Shown here: positions 1 to 14,711 of the stretch, in pieces
Layout: each line of letters begins with the position of its first letter
Numbering within the stretch: the stretch's first letter is position 1
Assembly: GCF_009914755.1 (NCBI RefSeq)
Contig: NC_060930.1
DNA length: 64,000 nt
Source: the human T2T-CHM13v2.0 reference genome, Homo sapiens
Direction: 5' to 3' (one strand)
Position numbers and translations under genes: made by a program
The notes under the pieces: model-generated
What the model saw: the letters and a program-made list of their open reading frames with translations, nothing else
The model's database searches: none
What the model was told of the DNA's origin: nothing

Positions 1-1800
1 TCTCCAGAGCATTCCAATGGCTGACCAAGGTGAAAAATGATGATTCTGTACTCTAGTGTCGAACTTCTTAAATCTGGCTATTAAAAAGTTAACAATAACA
101 TTGTACTAATAATTAAACTTAATAACATTTCAAGTTTATTTCTGTACCCCAGAAATTTATTCTATGATAGTGGTGTTTGGCTTTTGGCTTTAGTTTCATC
201 CAAGCATTGACTGGAATTCTAAGCCAGTTGCCATCGGCCCAAATGGGCATCTGATGCTCCTTGGGCATTCATGAAGCCCTCAGACTGAAGGAGTGAGCGG
301 CACTGGAGCCCACTGGGCCCACCTCTGCATCTGCTCTGAGATAGCCGTGTGACTGCAGCACTGCTCTCAGCCTCAGTTTCCCCATGTGTAAAATGATGGT
401 CTCCACAGACCACAGGATTATCCAGAAGCCAAATAAGATAACACATGAAAGTACACATGTAAAACAGGTTCACAGTAAATGTGGATTTCTCGTCCTCCAA
501 AGATTTGAAAGGGTTGACAGTTTCCATCTGTTCACTGCCTTGGGTAGAGTAATGTGCTCATAATAATAACCTTGGCTGTTATTGTGCCTTTCCATCAAGG
601 CACAATACTAGCCAAGGTTATTATTATTATTAATCCATTATTTGTGAATTGTCCCTCCTGTCGGACTGATACCCCTAGCCTGGCTAGGTTCTCTTCATCC
701 TCTAAGGATGGCCTTATCTTTGTGTTAACCACATTTTATTACATCTTTTTAAAAAATATCTATCCCTTTTATTAGATGGTGAGTTACTATAGGCAGGGAC
801 TGGATTTGTGCCTCTATTCTTAGCACATGACACATTTCCTGGCACACAGTAGGTGATCAACACTTGAATGAAAGCATCTCCTGCCAAGCTGTGTGCCAGA
901 CCCACTGCCCACACTGTTTCCCCACTCCCTGTGACACCCTTCTACCTGTTGATCCACAGCCATGTGTATTAGTGACTTTAAAGCCATAAAGATAATAAAA
1001 CGATAAGGCAAGTGCTATTGACCCTGAAAACCTTAACTACTTCAATCATTATACGGCTCAGGTATAAAGCCATCTGAAACAGCGTGTTTGATGGGTTAAT
1101 CACAATGCCCTTCCCCTTCTATGATTCTAAAATGCAAATCCCTATATTTCAATGTCACTCTTTTTCATTCACTGAATTTTGAATTAATGTGGTTTTAGCA
1201 TAACAGAAAATAGAGGGCCATGTAATAAATAACAGCCAAGTGTGCGGCCGTTGGGGAAGGAGAACTATCTGTTTGAGCCTCTGTTCTGCCAATTACTGGC
1301 GGTATGATGATGGGCAAACCACGTGGGATCTTCTACCCGATTTCTGCCTCATGGAGTTGGGGTCAGGGGTGGTAGTTAAAAGAGATAATGTCTACAAAGC
1401 ACTCGGCATGATCTGGCCCACAGTAGTTTCCCAAATGAAATGGTAGTTAAAGATTCAGCTACACGGAACCATATACAGCTTAGTAGAGGTGAAAGGAATC
1501 CTAGAAATACTTCTCCCAAGCCTTCCATTTTGACAGTGAGTCAACTAAGGCCCAGCAGGAGTCCATGGCTGGTATGGCCATATGATAAATGGCAGGAAGA
1601 GAAAGGTTTGTGTAGCTTCATGACCAAAGCAGTCCCAGATCTCAGTAGACTGGGTCAAGAGGCTCAAACCTCATTCTATCCATGACTTTGCGCAAGCATC
1701 ACAGATGTTAGTAAGAGAATAAATTCGAACAGCCCTGGTGGTAGGCCCTGCTTCCTTATCATCCCTACTGCGCCCGGAGCACAGGACGAACTTGCGTTAC

Positions 1801-1953
1801 CTCTTCTCCTTAATCAGAAGCTTAGAGATGAACTCCTTGGCCTCCTCCGAGATGTCCTGAAATTCTTCATCCTCTAAGTCCCACCTGCAGGCCAGGATGT
1901 TGTTCAGCGTCTCAGCATCATTGTCACCCAGGAAAGGCGACAAACCGCTAAGT
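1801..1953 (-). CDS. MYLK4: MYLK4 coding exon (153 bp, LSGLSPFLGDNDAETL...EFISKLLIKEKS)
   Basis: cag|...AG|gtaacg; kinase C-lobe; phase 2->2; the remaining exons are beyond the window start. Confidence 0.97.
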
Positions 1954-2292
1954 CTGGAGGACACGGGGTCCAGAGTGAGTATTTTTTAAACAGCCTCAAC
2001 CCCTTTCCATACAGATTGCTTTTCTGGTTGTGCCATTTAAAGGTGAGAGAAGGAAAATAACCTAATCCTGAAGCATAATTTTATAACATATTATTGTAAT
2101 CAAGAAAATGCTTGCCGCCCCCACCCAACTCCTAACTGAACAACTGCAGCAATAACAGAATATGAATATGAATATCAGCTTCCTTTTTAAAGCACTTTTC
2201 AGCTTGCAAAGTGCTACTACATGCTCAGATGGCAAACGCTAGGCATGTCACCTCTGAGGGGTGAGGCTAGCCTGAGTCATTTAGGAGATCAG

Positions 2293-2582
2293 TTTTTTTT
2301 TTTTTTTTTGAGACGGAGTCTCGCTGTGTCACCAGGCTGGAGTGCAGTGGCGTGATCTCGTTTCACTGCAACCTCCACCTCCTGGAAGCAATTCTCCTGC
2401 AGCCTCCCGAGTAGCTGGGATTACAGGTGCATGCCACCACGCACGGCTGATTTTTGTATTTTTAGTAGAGATGGGGTTTCACCATGTTGGCCAGGATGGT
2501 CTCAATCTCTTGACCTCGTGATCCGCCCACCTCAGCCTCCCAAAGTGCTGGGATTACAGGCTTGAGCCACCGCGCCAGGCCA
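2293..2582 (-). mobile_element. Alu (AluS-type)
   Basis: Alu consensus, poly-T on the + strand. Confidence 0.95.
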
Positions 2583-2858
2583 TGTGAGCTTTTTAAATTA
2601 ATTTTTGGCTTTTAGGTTGTGTCCTAGGAGTTAAAGTGATTAATGAAGAGGACACACATTTACTTTTCCAAATGATGTGCAGGGAAAGAATTCACTCCTT
2701 TCACCCACAGGAGTCAACAAAACCTAGAAGGCAACTGAGGATGGGACAGTGTTATTTATTTTTTAAATACCCCAATTGGGGCTTTTATTTAAAACGGCAA
2801 AACCTCAGAAAATATGCATGGAGTTGGAGAAGGGTCAGAGACAGAGGAGAGCTACTCA

Positions 2859-3059
<201 letters not shown>

Positions 3060-3800
3060 CTATGAGACAAAATGACTTCAGCCATACAGCAAACTTCAGA
3101 CAAACAAACATTGAAGGAAATCAAACAATCAAGCAAGAGGCTCAAAAACTTGTAAAGAGGCCCCAGAAAATTTAAAAGTCAAAATTCATACTAGGAAACC
3201 TTAAAAGCTGAACCAGTTGTTGGAGAAGCTGCTGTGAATAATGAGAACATCTGAATTACAGAAGATGACAAGAGGAAAACTGATATAGTCATTGACATGG
3301 GGATGATGTGAATAAGCCTGTAAAATGAATAAACACAGTACTGCAATAATTTACAACATCCATTTTATATGTGTCGTTAATGTGCTGAATTGTTAATGTG
3401 TCCACGTAAACTCTTTGTTCCCTGAAGAATCTTGTATGTGCCAGAACCCTTTGCAAACTTGCTTACGTTGTTAATATTTTTAAAGTAAATCTTCTCTGTA
3501 CAGATGGATCAAATATGAAAGAGGGGACAAACTCTTGCAAATGCTAAATTAATGGCTTCTAATTTAATAAACTTCACTGTATTAGGTTTTAATTTTTTAT
3601 ACTTTTTACTGCATGCATTATAGAAACTTCTAAACACTCAAGTCTCAAATTTAGCAAGTTAAGGCCAAACATAATTTTTGTTAAATTAATTATAAATGAG
3701 ATCATGAAACCAAAGAGCAGATCAGATATATGTTTGCAAAGGAAGGGCAACCATCATGTCCCCCAGCTCCATTCGTACACCTATGTCCAAATAGACATAC

Positions 3801-3871
3801 CTTCTGGCCAATCCAAAATCAATAATTTTTATTTGCTTAGCATCCCGATTCACACACAGGATATTCTCAGG
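3801..3871 (-). CDS. MYLK4: MYLK4 coding exon (71 bp, PENILCVNRDAKQIKIIDFGLAR)
   Basis: cag|...AG|gtatgt; PEN and DFG motifs; phase 0->2. Confidence 0.97.
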
Positions 3872-6603
3872 CTGCCAGGAGAAAGAGACACATTAGCAAT
3901 GAAAACAACCATCATTCACTCAAATTGTCCTTGAACCACAACTAAAAATACAACGATGCTCAGAAAAAACATATCAGGCCTTTCACTTCGGGGCGGGCTT
4001 GTCCGTGTGGGTACTTTCTCCTTTAATTATGTGGTGGATGAGGTTGCGGGTATCCTGCCAACCCTGCATTATCCAGCTTGTCCTCTGCACGGCTTCACAG
4101 TTCACCATAATGTCTGAGTTCAGGCAGAGGCCTTGAGGGGAGCAAGAAAAGGAGGTTGCTTCAGTCCTTCCCAAATGTGCTGTGGAGGCCCGCTCAGGCC
4201 TGACATCTGCCCCTCTAAATTATTCAGTATGAATTTCCCCTTCTTGGAGAAATATTTTTCCCAAGATTGATGAGTTCCAAGGGAATTGACCTGCTCCATT
4301 CAAACAGCCACACTGAACATGCACTGTCACGTGAACGTTCCGGCCTCCAGAGCTTCCCTTTGCTCAACGCCTATGGGAAAGTCGCACGGCAGAGGAGGGC
4401 TTTTCTCTCCAGTCGTTCTTCAGTCTCAGCAGTTCCAAGGTTTTGCTGAGTTTGGTCTCAATGCCTAAAACCCCTGACTAAGTGTTCCCTTGGAGCTAGG
4501 CCCTGGTAAGACCTTAGCCTGCTGACCTGACAGTCTTGGGGTGCAGGGGGAGAAAATGGGGTGTAGTGCAGCCACTCAGTGTTCACAGAATGCCTTACAA
4601 GTGCACCTAATGTTTATTGGGGTAGAAAAACAGAGGTCTTGGGAAAGTAAGAGATTTGATTTAAAGTCAAGGCCATTTATAAAAGAGAAAAAAAGTTTTC
4701 AGAGTTAAGAACCCTCAGTCCCAATTCTTTACAAGCTGGAGGGCACCATCCCAGAAGCCAAATGCCCAGGATCCCGTTCCTCAGCCTTTAGTGGGATCAG
4801 GCTCCCCTCCCCAACCTGTCCAGGTGGAGAAGAGGTTCCAATGAGATCAGAAATTCAGAAACACATTATGAAATGACATAATGTCTCCTTATCAATATTC
4901 AATAGTGCATTTGGTTGGGCAGAATATCTTTGGAAGCCCTTTTCTAAACTATCTCTAAAACAGATGTTTGTGAGTAAAAGTCATTATAGAGAAGGGGGTG
5001 CTACGTGAACCATTTGGTTTCATGCTTAAATCACTGATGGATCATGTATAAAGCTGTCCAATTGTGAAGGAGTACTGTGGCATCAAAAAGTTTGCAGGAT
5101 ATAGAGAAACCGTTTTGAGGGCATTTCAATAAGTTAGCCTTTTTATGACGATAAAATTACACAATGTTCATTGGATAAATTTTGCAAAACAGAAAAATAT
5201 AAAACAGACTGTTTGTAAGTCACCTATAATCTCCCCCCACATACTGACAATCACTCAATATTTTTGGCCCTTTTCCTTCCAAGGAGCTTTCAGAAAAGCA
5301 GCTCCTTAAGGACCCATCCAGCTGTCACCTTTATGATGATCTCTGCATCCAAGCCATAACTAAAACTGCCCACTGCAGGTCCTCAATCAATGTTATGAAG
5401 CCTCATATGGAGTCATTTGACTTACAATAGGTTTGCTCCTAGTTCCAGTTGCCAATCAGATCCCTGTAGGGATATCTGCAGAATATCTACATTCAATGAA
5501 AATGCTCCATGAAAGCATGCATTATCAAACTCAGTTCATAGTGAGGGTTTTGCTAATGATTTTTAGCCTCTGACTTTGTCATTTTATAAACCACTTCCTC
5601 CTGCTCTCCTCCTGCTCAAAAGTGAATGGGAAAGGCAAGGCACATAAATCAAGACAGTGAGGGAAGCCAAGTTATAGGAAGAGAGGCCCATGGAAACCTA
5701 TTTCAGGAGGCTAAATTTATTTAGCTATGCAATCCCTAGTGAATGCAATAGATGGGATGTTATATAGATTGTATATTTTATGTTACTGTCACGCTGTGCA
5801 AACAGGGAAATGAGAAAATGACCAAGCCACACAAGACGTACTTTATGATACTTAGTCCCAATATGGGACTTGATCAGGGTTGTTGGGCCTAGGTCTTTTA
5901 TTGGTTGTAACTAAGACTACATACAGTCCGATTCTAGGAACTTCATAATGAGACATAATGAGAGAGGTAAAGAGGGAAGGGGCAATCAATAGGAGGAGAA
6001 AGAAAGGCGGCTTGGCTTCTGTGTGCTTTCCACCATTGGCAGTGGGGTGCCCACCCCACCCTCTCTTCTCCTTAGCACTTTGGCCCCATCCTTCCGACTG
6101 TCCTCTGCTGCATTCTCCATAGGATTCTATTCCACAGGGCAGCAAACCCACAGAAAAACAAGTCCCAAAGTCCGGAGCTTCCTGAGTGACTCGAGGAGCT
6201 GCCGGCGATTCTTGGAGACCTGGAAAGGTTGACTACTACTTAGGGAATTCTGAGTTAGCTAAAATCCTCTCACCTACTTGTCCTGATGAGAGGGCTACCA
6301 CGTGGATACCGCTGTGGTGGTGGTGACTGTTTTCATTCTAAACTTTTAGGGAAACCATTGCCATATAGATTTCCTTAACGCAGGCAAGTTACAAGAATCT
6401 GAATATCACCCCTGAAGATGGAACATGCAAATATTAGGGAGTGACAGAAGCTGAGAATAAGGAGATGAGGGTAACAATTCAGATGTTTATTCATTTCTGA
6501 AATGACTGTACCAATTTCCCCAGCTGGCATATAATAGCAGACAGGGCCCACTGTGCAAGAGCTGGGAAGGGCTTACGTCTCACAGGATACAAAACACCCT
6601 TAC

Positions 6604-6745
6604 CTTCAGGTCCAAGTGGAGAATGTACATCTGATGCATGTGCCTTATCCCCTCACATATCTGCTTCATGAACAGGATGGTATCAAGCTCCGTCAAATTG
6701 TAGCTCTCATCGATGATGCGGTCAAACAGCTCCCCACCATCCACA
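6604..6745 (-). CDS. MYLK4: MYLK4 coding exon (142 bp, VDGGELFDRII...YILHLDLK)
   Basis: cag|...AAG|gtaagg; GGELF and HLDLK catalytic loop; phase 2->0. Confidence 0.97.
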
Positions 6746-6970
6746 CTGCAGAGGGAAGAGGACTGAAACCCTCAGTCCCGATTTCCTAACCACCATGTGC
6801 TTTTCTCGTAGTGACTTGTCGTGCAAGTTCTGCTACCTCTTCTGAAAGGTGTATGTGCAGTTATTTCTCTTCCTTCTTTACTATCTTACTTAGATGATTC
6901 TTATCTTGAAGGCCTGTATTTTATATACCTTTAATCTCACAAATGGAAATCCTCAAGCCAACTCCCCACC

Positions 6971-7019
<49 letters not shown>

Positions 7020-7300
7020 GAGATGGAGTCTCGCTGTGTCGCTCAGGCTAGAGGGCAGTGGCAGGATCTTGGCTCACTGCAATCTCCGCCTCCCAGATTC
7101 AAGCGATTCTCATGCCTCAGTCTCCCAAGTAGCTGGGATTAGAGGCATGCGCCACCATGCCCGGCTAATTTTTGTATTTTTAGTAGAGATGGGTTTCACT
7201 GTGTTGGCCAGGCTGGTTTCGAACTCCTGACCCCAAGTGATCCACCAGCCTCGGCCTCCCAAAGTGCTGGGATTACAGGTGGGAGCCACCACACCGGCCC
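6971..7300 (-). mobile_element. Alu with a (TG)n microsatellite in the tail
   Basis: Alu consensus; T-run plus about 14 TG units at about 6989-7016. Confidence 0.95.
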
Positions 7301-7501
7301 TCAAAGCCCCTTTATTCAGTGTCTTCAGCTCTGGGGTGAGCCCACATGTATCATGTTCTAAAGATGTTGAAGAGAAAGAGGATCCTAAGAACTCCAGGAG
7401 GGGAACTCCAAGCCCTGACTGAAGGTAGTCAGGGTCTCAGCCCTCTAAGTCTCCAGACTGAATTCAGGGATAAAGTGCTTCTCTGTGGCTGGTGCTAGAC
7501 A

Positions 7502-8035
7502 CAGTAATTTCCCTTATCCTTGGGGACACCTTCCAAGACCCTCCGTGGATGCCTGAAACTGTGGATAGTACTGAACCTGTATATACTATGTTATTTCCTA
7601 TAGACATATAACTCCGATACAGTTTAATTCATAAATTAAGCACAGTAAGGGATTAACAACAATAACTACGAGTAAAATAGAACAATTATAACAACACGCC
7701 AGCTGCACTACTCTTGTGTCTTGGGGCCATTATGAAGTCAAATGATAGTTCCGTGAACACAAGCATGGCGATGCCTCCACAGTCAATCTGATGACCCGGT
7801 CGGCTACTAAGTGACTAACCGCAGGGAGTGGTGGAGACGCTGGACAAAGGGATGATTCACGTCCTGGGTGGGACCGAGCGGGACGGTGGGAGATTTCATC
7901 AGGCTACTCAGAACAGTGTGCAATTTAAAACCTGTTGATTGTTTACTTCTGGAATTTTCCACTTAATATTTTGGGGCCTTGGGTAACTGAGACCATGGAA
8001 AGTGAAAGTGTGGGCAAGGGAGGACCACGATACTA
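7502..8035. mobile_element. Tigger-family DNA transposon relic (MER44-like)
   Basis: cagta...cccttatcc...ttccaagaccc...gtggatgcctgaaact terminus recognised. Confidence 0.65.
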
Positions 8036-8111
8036 TACTTTTTATTCAAAATGCCTTATTGAGGAATGAAAAACAAAACGGAATCACAATATCGATTCAG
8101 TGTTGGAATTG

Positions 8112-8442
8112 CAGTCGGCCCTCCCTATTCGTGGGTTCTGTTTCCACAGGTTCAAACAATCGTAAATCAAAATGTTTGACCAAAAAACAATAAAAATTGA
8201 CAATACAACAACAAAAATAATACAAATTTTTAAAAAATACAGTATAACAACTGTATATGTGGCATTTACAGTTTATCAGGTATTGTAAGTAGTCTAGAGA
8301 TTATTTAAAGTACTCGGGGGGATAGGCATAAGTTATATGCAAAAGACTATGCCATTTTATGTCAGGAACTTGAGTGTCCTCCGGTTTTGGTATTTGCAGG
8401 GATCCTGGGACCAATCCCTCTCCGATACCAAGTAATGACTGT
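8112..8442. mobile_element. Tigger3/MER2-like DNA transposon relic
   Basis: cagtcggccctcc...gtgggttc start and inverted ...gactg end. Confidence 0.65.
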
Positions 8443-8877
8443 ACTCGGTTTCTAACTAACCAGTCCTTATGTTTTTATAAAGGTGAGTTTAAATGGAAGC
8501 TTCTTAGCCCTAATCATCACCAGTTGTTGACATGACCTTTGTATTAGTGAATATGTTGAAAGTAAGATGTAGCTCAAAAACCACTTTCCTCCAGGTTGCC
8601 CTGGCTAATATTTAAGCTTGATTTTTGACAAACAGCGTAGATACAAAGCTAGATCTACTTGGTCCCACTACTTCTTAGCAATAAAATCCCATATGGAGAT
8701 TTGTAACCCCAAGTGTTTCCCTTCTAGAACTGATGTGATTGTGTGATCCGCGCGAATCAGAGTCTGCGGGGGCGAGCTTGGTTCTGGTCCCGCTACAGCA
8801 GGACGGAGCTACTGAGGCACGGTCACGGTCATGAGTGCCCTTGGGGAGGTCAGGGAGGGGGCGGAGGGGATACGTAC

Positions 8878-8987
8878 TACTCCATGACCAGGACAATGTC
8901 GTTCTTAGACTCGAAGGCATCGTACAGCTGGATGAGGTTCGCGTGGTCCAGCTGGTTCATGACGCTGATCTCGTTCTTCACCTCCTC
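8878..8987 (-). CDS. MYLK4: MYLK4 coding exon (110 bp, EEVKNEISVMNQLDHANLIQLYDAFESKNDIVLVMEY)
   Basis: cag|...TA|gtacgt; alphaC helix to hinge; phase 0->2; preceded by a 77-bp intron. Confidence 0.97.
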
Positions 8988-9064
8988 CTGAGAAGCAGGA
9001 AACAGTGCATTAGTGTGGTCAAGACGGGGCGGGGAGGGAGGGGACCACCTCCCACAGGCTGTAC

Positions 9065-9158
9065 CTTGTCCTTCATGCCTCTGGTCTTGATGATTTTGGC
9101 TGCCAGCTTCAGACCTGTGGCCGTCTCCTCACACTTGTGAACCTGGCCGAAACGCCCT
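9065..9158 (-). CDS. MYLK4: MYLK4 coding exon (94 bp, GRFGQVHKCEETATGLKLAAKIIKTRGMKDK)
   Basis: cag|...AAG|gtac; GxGxxG loop and catalytic AAK lysine; phase 2->0. Confidence 0.97.
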
Positions 9159-9290
9159 CTGCCAAAAAGAGGAAGCGGCGTAGCATGAGGCCCTGTGGTC
9201 AGCTGCCGAGTGGACAGCGCACAGTGGCCCCAGTATTTCTCCTGCTGAGTCCGGATGAGCAGCCCTCTGAGGAGTTCTTTCAGTAAACTT

Positions 9291-9812
<522 letters not shown>

Positions 9813-11612
9813 CTTTACAGACAATGCAGAATCTTTCTGAATACATATGAATGTTATGAGCTGGGCTTTGCCAGCATATGAACAAGAGAGCCCACCTTCA
9901 GATATATAAAATTATTTTTGGAAACTGCATATGTAACAATACTGCATATACATCCATATAGTCAAGACTGCATATTGCCAAGTCACCTATGAGCTTGAAT
10001 ATAAACACAAGACAGCTTCTTACCTACGTAATCACATACAGATGTGCACACTTGTGAGCAGTTTTAAATTTAATTTGCTTAGTTTGATTTCTTATTTAGT
10101 AAAATAAGCTAGAACACGTGTCCCTGCTCTGCAATGGTGGATGTCACAGTAGGGAGTGAGGAACAGCTTCCCTAGCAACACAGTGAACCCGAGGCAAGCC
10201 CTATGACAAGGCAGAGGACTTCAGCGATGAAAGTCATGGCAACGCTGGGCAGATGCAGGGGCACTGGCGGCCGCTGCATCCTACTGTGGGGCTGCACACC
10301 CAGCACAGAGGCAGATGAATCTTGGAGAATGACACAGGATTACCATAAACGTAGCCACGGCGTGACTTCAATTCCAACCTCTGCTCCAGATAGAGTCTCT
10401 ATGGGAACACACGGACACAGCCCCAGCCACCTCTTAATTGGTTGTTATGGAAATGGTTTCTCCCCTTCACTAGCAATGGACGCAGAACCTCCTGAGCCAG
10501 CAGTGGTGCCCATCACTGTCTGACTTCCCGGCTCCCTCAACCTTCTGACTCTTTCCCCTGATTTATTGTGCAAGGGCCCTGAAGGTTGAGGCCAACTCCC
10601 AGGATTCATGCTGGTTCAACACAGTGATAACCTTATGCTCATTGAACATGGCAAGCAGGGATGATGGATACCCTCAAGGCCACAGGGCAGGAGACGAACT
10701 CCCAGGAAAATTCAGGGGCCTGCCCCTGTGGGCAGGGTTTTTGGGATCCAGTGGTCCTTGGCATGTTGCAATATTTCTGCCAAAAGTAAAAGATAAGTTG
10801 CTACATCTTGAACCTGCTACCACTTAAAAGGAGGTGCAGCACTTGGTGATGTCTGCATTTTGAAGGCATCCACGCACATTTGATCATGCTCCACTCACTT
10901 ATTTGCTGAGTGAATTACGGCTGCCAATTTTGGTGAAGCCCATAACGAGAGCTGACGGGCAGCTGGTCTAGACTGCAGTACCAAAGAGAAGATCCCATGG
11001 TGCCCAAACAGACAGAAAGGAAGTTTCAAAGGAGCAATTGACAAACCTTGACCAGAAAAACAGCACAAACCCTGAGAATTCTTTCAAAGCTTCTTCTGCA
11101 AATAACTATTCTCGGTTAGAGAAATAGTTGCTGGCTTGCCACTGATGTCCCTGAAGGCCCAAATACCTCAGGCTTCCATGGAGCCAGTTCATGCTGTGGA
11201 ATTCCTGTTTCTCCCTCAGCCCATCCCCGCAGTCTCATGGGGCATTCTATGAGATCAGCCAGATCAGGAAGGGAAAGTCCAGGTGGTTCCATTCGGCACA
11301 GGGCAAAGAAATACGGAGTGGGAAGAGGAGGAAGGGACTTCACAAATATCAAGGACTCCCTGAAGACCACTTGCAGACGCCTGAACTGCAGTAGCGATGC
11401 GTGCTTTCCTTGTGTTGGTGAGTACATTTTGTATGTATACGTGCAGATGTTCTGCTTTCCTCTTCCTATTTTACACAGACATGCCGATGGCAGCAAACGT
11501 TATAATTTAGACTTTGAGTTACAAGATATCACGGGGGGTTGTGAAAGAAGTAAACGAAGAAGAACACCCTCTCCCCACCCCCAGCAGGAAGCGGGTCCCT
11601 GATGGACTTTAA

Positions 11613-11954
<342 letters not shown>

Positions 11955-12430
11955 TAGGGAGAATGTGTGTTTAAATGTCCCTAAAATAAGTTATTTGCTG
12001 AGCAAAGTAATCAATTGAAATGAATAATAGTAATTAATATAGTAACAACATAAATGAAAAACCAGCAGCAATGACAGAAAGACCTAATACAGGCCACAAA
12101 AACTACACGCTGTTGACTCATTTCTATCTTCTGTCTCCTGGAGGCTGCACTATGGCTTTGGACAGCTGGTCAACCTTCTGGTGACTCACAATGGGTTTTT
12201 CTTTCTTTTAGACATTACAACATGGGAAGTAAAGCAGATAATAAATGTGGAGTTTAGTCACCACATTAACCTTTCTGGCATCAGTGACAATTTTCAGAAA
12301 TGGTTACTGTTTCTTAAAATGTTTGTTTCTAATGTTTCTAGTTCTCAGGTCAAGACAGGCAGACATTTACGAAGTCATTTGCACGCTCTCTTCTTTTGTT
12401 GAGAGAATATTAACATTCAGCCTTACTCAC

Positions 12431-12536
12431 CCTCCTAGGATTTCTGTCTTGCTCACAGTATAGAAGCTGTTGACCGCTCCTTGCTTGGCTGTCACAATAC
12501 GATGATCAAATGGGGCCGGAGGAGCCGGGATGTCAA
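12431..12536 (-). CDS. MYLK4: MYLK4 coding exon (106 bp, VDIPAPPAPFDHRIVTAKQGAVNSFYTVSKTEILGG)
   Basis: ctag| acceptor, GG|gtgagt donor; MLCK-family PAPPAPFxHR motif and start of the Gly-rich loop; phase 1->2. Confidence 0.96.
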
Positions 12537-13708
12537 CTAGAAGGTGAGAGAAACAGAAGGGCAATCTGTCAAGAAGTCTGACCTCGTTAAGGCAGCAAGC
12601 CTGGGCCTCATAGTAAAAATGTGCTCATTTAATAATAAAATACAAGGAGCCATCTGTTTGATTCCTAATGATCCAGGGATATAGATTTCCACTTGAGATT
12701 ATGAGCTGTGACTCATAAAGGTGATCCTGACACCTCTGAGAAAGAGTGTCAGGGCGGCTCAATGGTTGTCCATACCATCTTCAGGATCACTTTTAGAAAT
12801 GTCAAAATAGTTGAAAATTTCCAACCCAACACAGTCCAAACAGGTAATACTTCCAAGCCTGAGACCATTCAAATTCAAACATGAGAAATTGTTTGATTCA
12901 TTTTTAAAATGCATTACTGATATAATCCATTATTTTAATTATATCAGAGACAAAAAAGAAAAATGAAACATTTCTTCATGTTGTTGAAATGCTTGATATT
13001 ATATATTACTTTCCAAAATGTCTTAGACTTTATTTAAGACACATTTAAGGCACAAAGATGAATTTTTCCTGGCTGGCTGGAAATAAAACACCCAATAAAA
13101 CCAGGTAAGTGTGTATTCAACAGAGATCAAATTTCTCCCACTTTCTCCCCTTCCACCTTAAGTGTTTAAACGCTCGTCCACATCAGCACCAGCTCTAACA
13201 TACAGAATTACTCAGGGATATTCCTCCCAGTATTCTTTCACCTTTCCATGACTACTGCTGTTGAAATTGGCTTGCCATGAACCTGCTCATTCTTCGTTAA
13301 TTCATTTACTAAGCAGCGACTGCATGCATACAATAAGAATACAAAGGGAGGTAAGTAAATAACAGCTTTGCTTTCAAAACACTCTACATTTATTTGACAT
13401 ATGTTTCTTGAGCATTTACCTTGTTCCAGGCACTCTGCCAAGTGTTAATATTTTTAAAAATTCAGATAATATAAATCTCTGGGAATCTGATTTGATATGG
13501 ACATCACCTCTCAGAGCCTAAATATGCTGAAAACTGAAGTCACCAGAGAAGCATCTTGATTAACATTCACTGTTTCAGATTAATAGAGGGAGTTAAATAC
13601 ACAAGCGGCATCGAAATGGCATTATATCTCCTGCAGGCTGTTAGACTAAATGAAATTTAGTCTGCAATGCTTGCTGGAGAAGGTTAAAAAGCCTTAAAAG
13701 GCCCATAC

Positions 13709-14025
13709 AAAAGCCATTTCCTACGCAGTGGGGTCAGGCCGTCTTGCCCTCGGGAGGTCTTCATCCCAGCAGACTCCCTGAGTCGGCCCCGGGAGCTCCT
13801 CAGCTTGCCTGGCTGCCTGTGTCTTCTGACACGTGTGTTCTTCCCCTGTGCCGACTATGTCTACTCTGCGCCTTTTGCTGTCTTCGTTGACGAGGCGCTC
13901 CTCTGCCACTCCACGCTTACTGCTGCCCGGGCACTCTGTCTGGTCAGCATTCCAGAAAATGGATCCTACTGCTGAACTTCCAGGGATTCGTGGGGGTAGA
14001 AATGGCCCTTATGCTGCTGACACAC
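13709..14025 (-). pseudogene. Decayed MYLK4 pseudo-exon B (about 317 bp; ...ECPGSSKRGVAEERLVNEDSKRRRVD...)
   Basis: tttacttcccag| acceptor; about 95 open codons between TAA (near 14010) and TAG (13721-13723); candidate weak donor TTT|gtatgg; A+B = 765 bp, a multiple of 3. Confidence 0.55.
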
Positions 14026-14404
14026 CTGGGAAGTAAAGTCCAGTTGCAGCTCTCAAAGTTTCAAGAAGAAAACATTCAGATGGTGGAAATTCTTTAAGAA
14101 GGTTTTCTTAAAACAGTGTTTTGGTGACGAGGACGTGAGCTCCGTGATAGAGGTGACCATTTCGGGGCTTGGGGAGGAAATGGAGCAGCACGCTCCCCAT
14201 CAAGCCTATGGGTGTAGAGAACCAGGGTCCCAGGGAATCTCACCACTGGCCAAATCGTGACCCCAAGTTATTCCACTGGAACTTAACAAAAGCCGTCATT
14301 TTATGAATACCTAACTAATTTGATCTTCATTTTTTCACTTCCTTTCCTTAGAGAGAAATTATTAAATTATAGCATGATAAAAGAAGCAATAATCTCTCTG
14401 AATC

Positions 14405-14711
14405 TTTTTTTTTTTTTTTTTTTTTTTTTGAGACCGAGTCTCGCTCTGTCGCCCAGGCTGGAGTTCAGTGGCGCGATCTCGGCTCACTGCAAGCTCTGCC
14501 TCCCGGATTCAAGCAATTCTCTGCCTCAGCCTCCCGAGTAGCTGGGACTACAGGCGCCCGCCACCACGCCCGGCTAATTTTTTTGTATTTTTAAATAGAG
14601 ACGGGGTTTCACCGTGTTAGCCAGGATGGTCTCCATCTCCTGACCTCGTGATCCAACTGCCTCAGCCTCCTAAAGTGCTGGGATTACAGGCGTGAGCCAC
14701 CGCACCCAGCC
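14405..14711 (-). mobile_element. Alu (young AluS/Y-type) with TSD aatctctctgaatct
   Basis: Alu consensus with flanking direct repeat. Confidence 0.95.
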
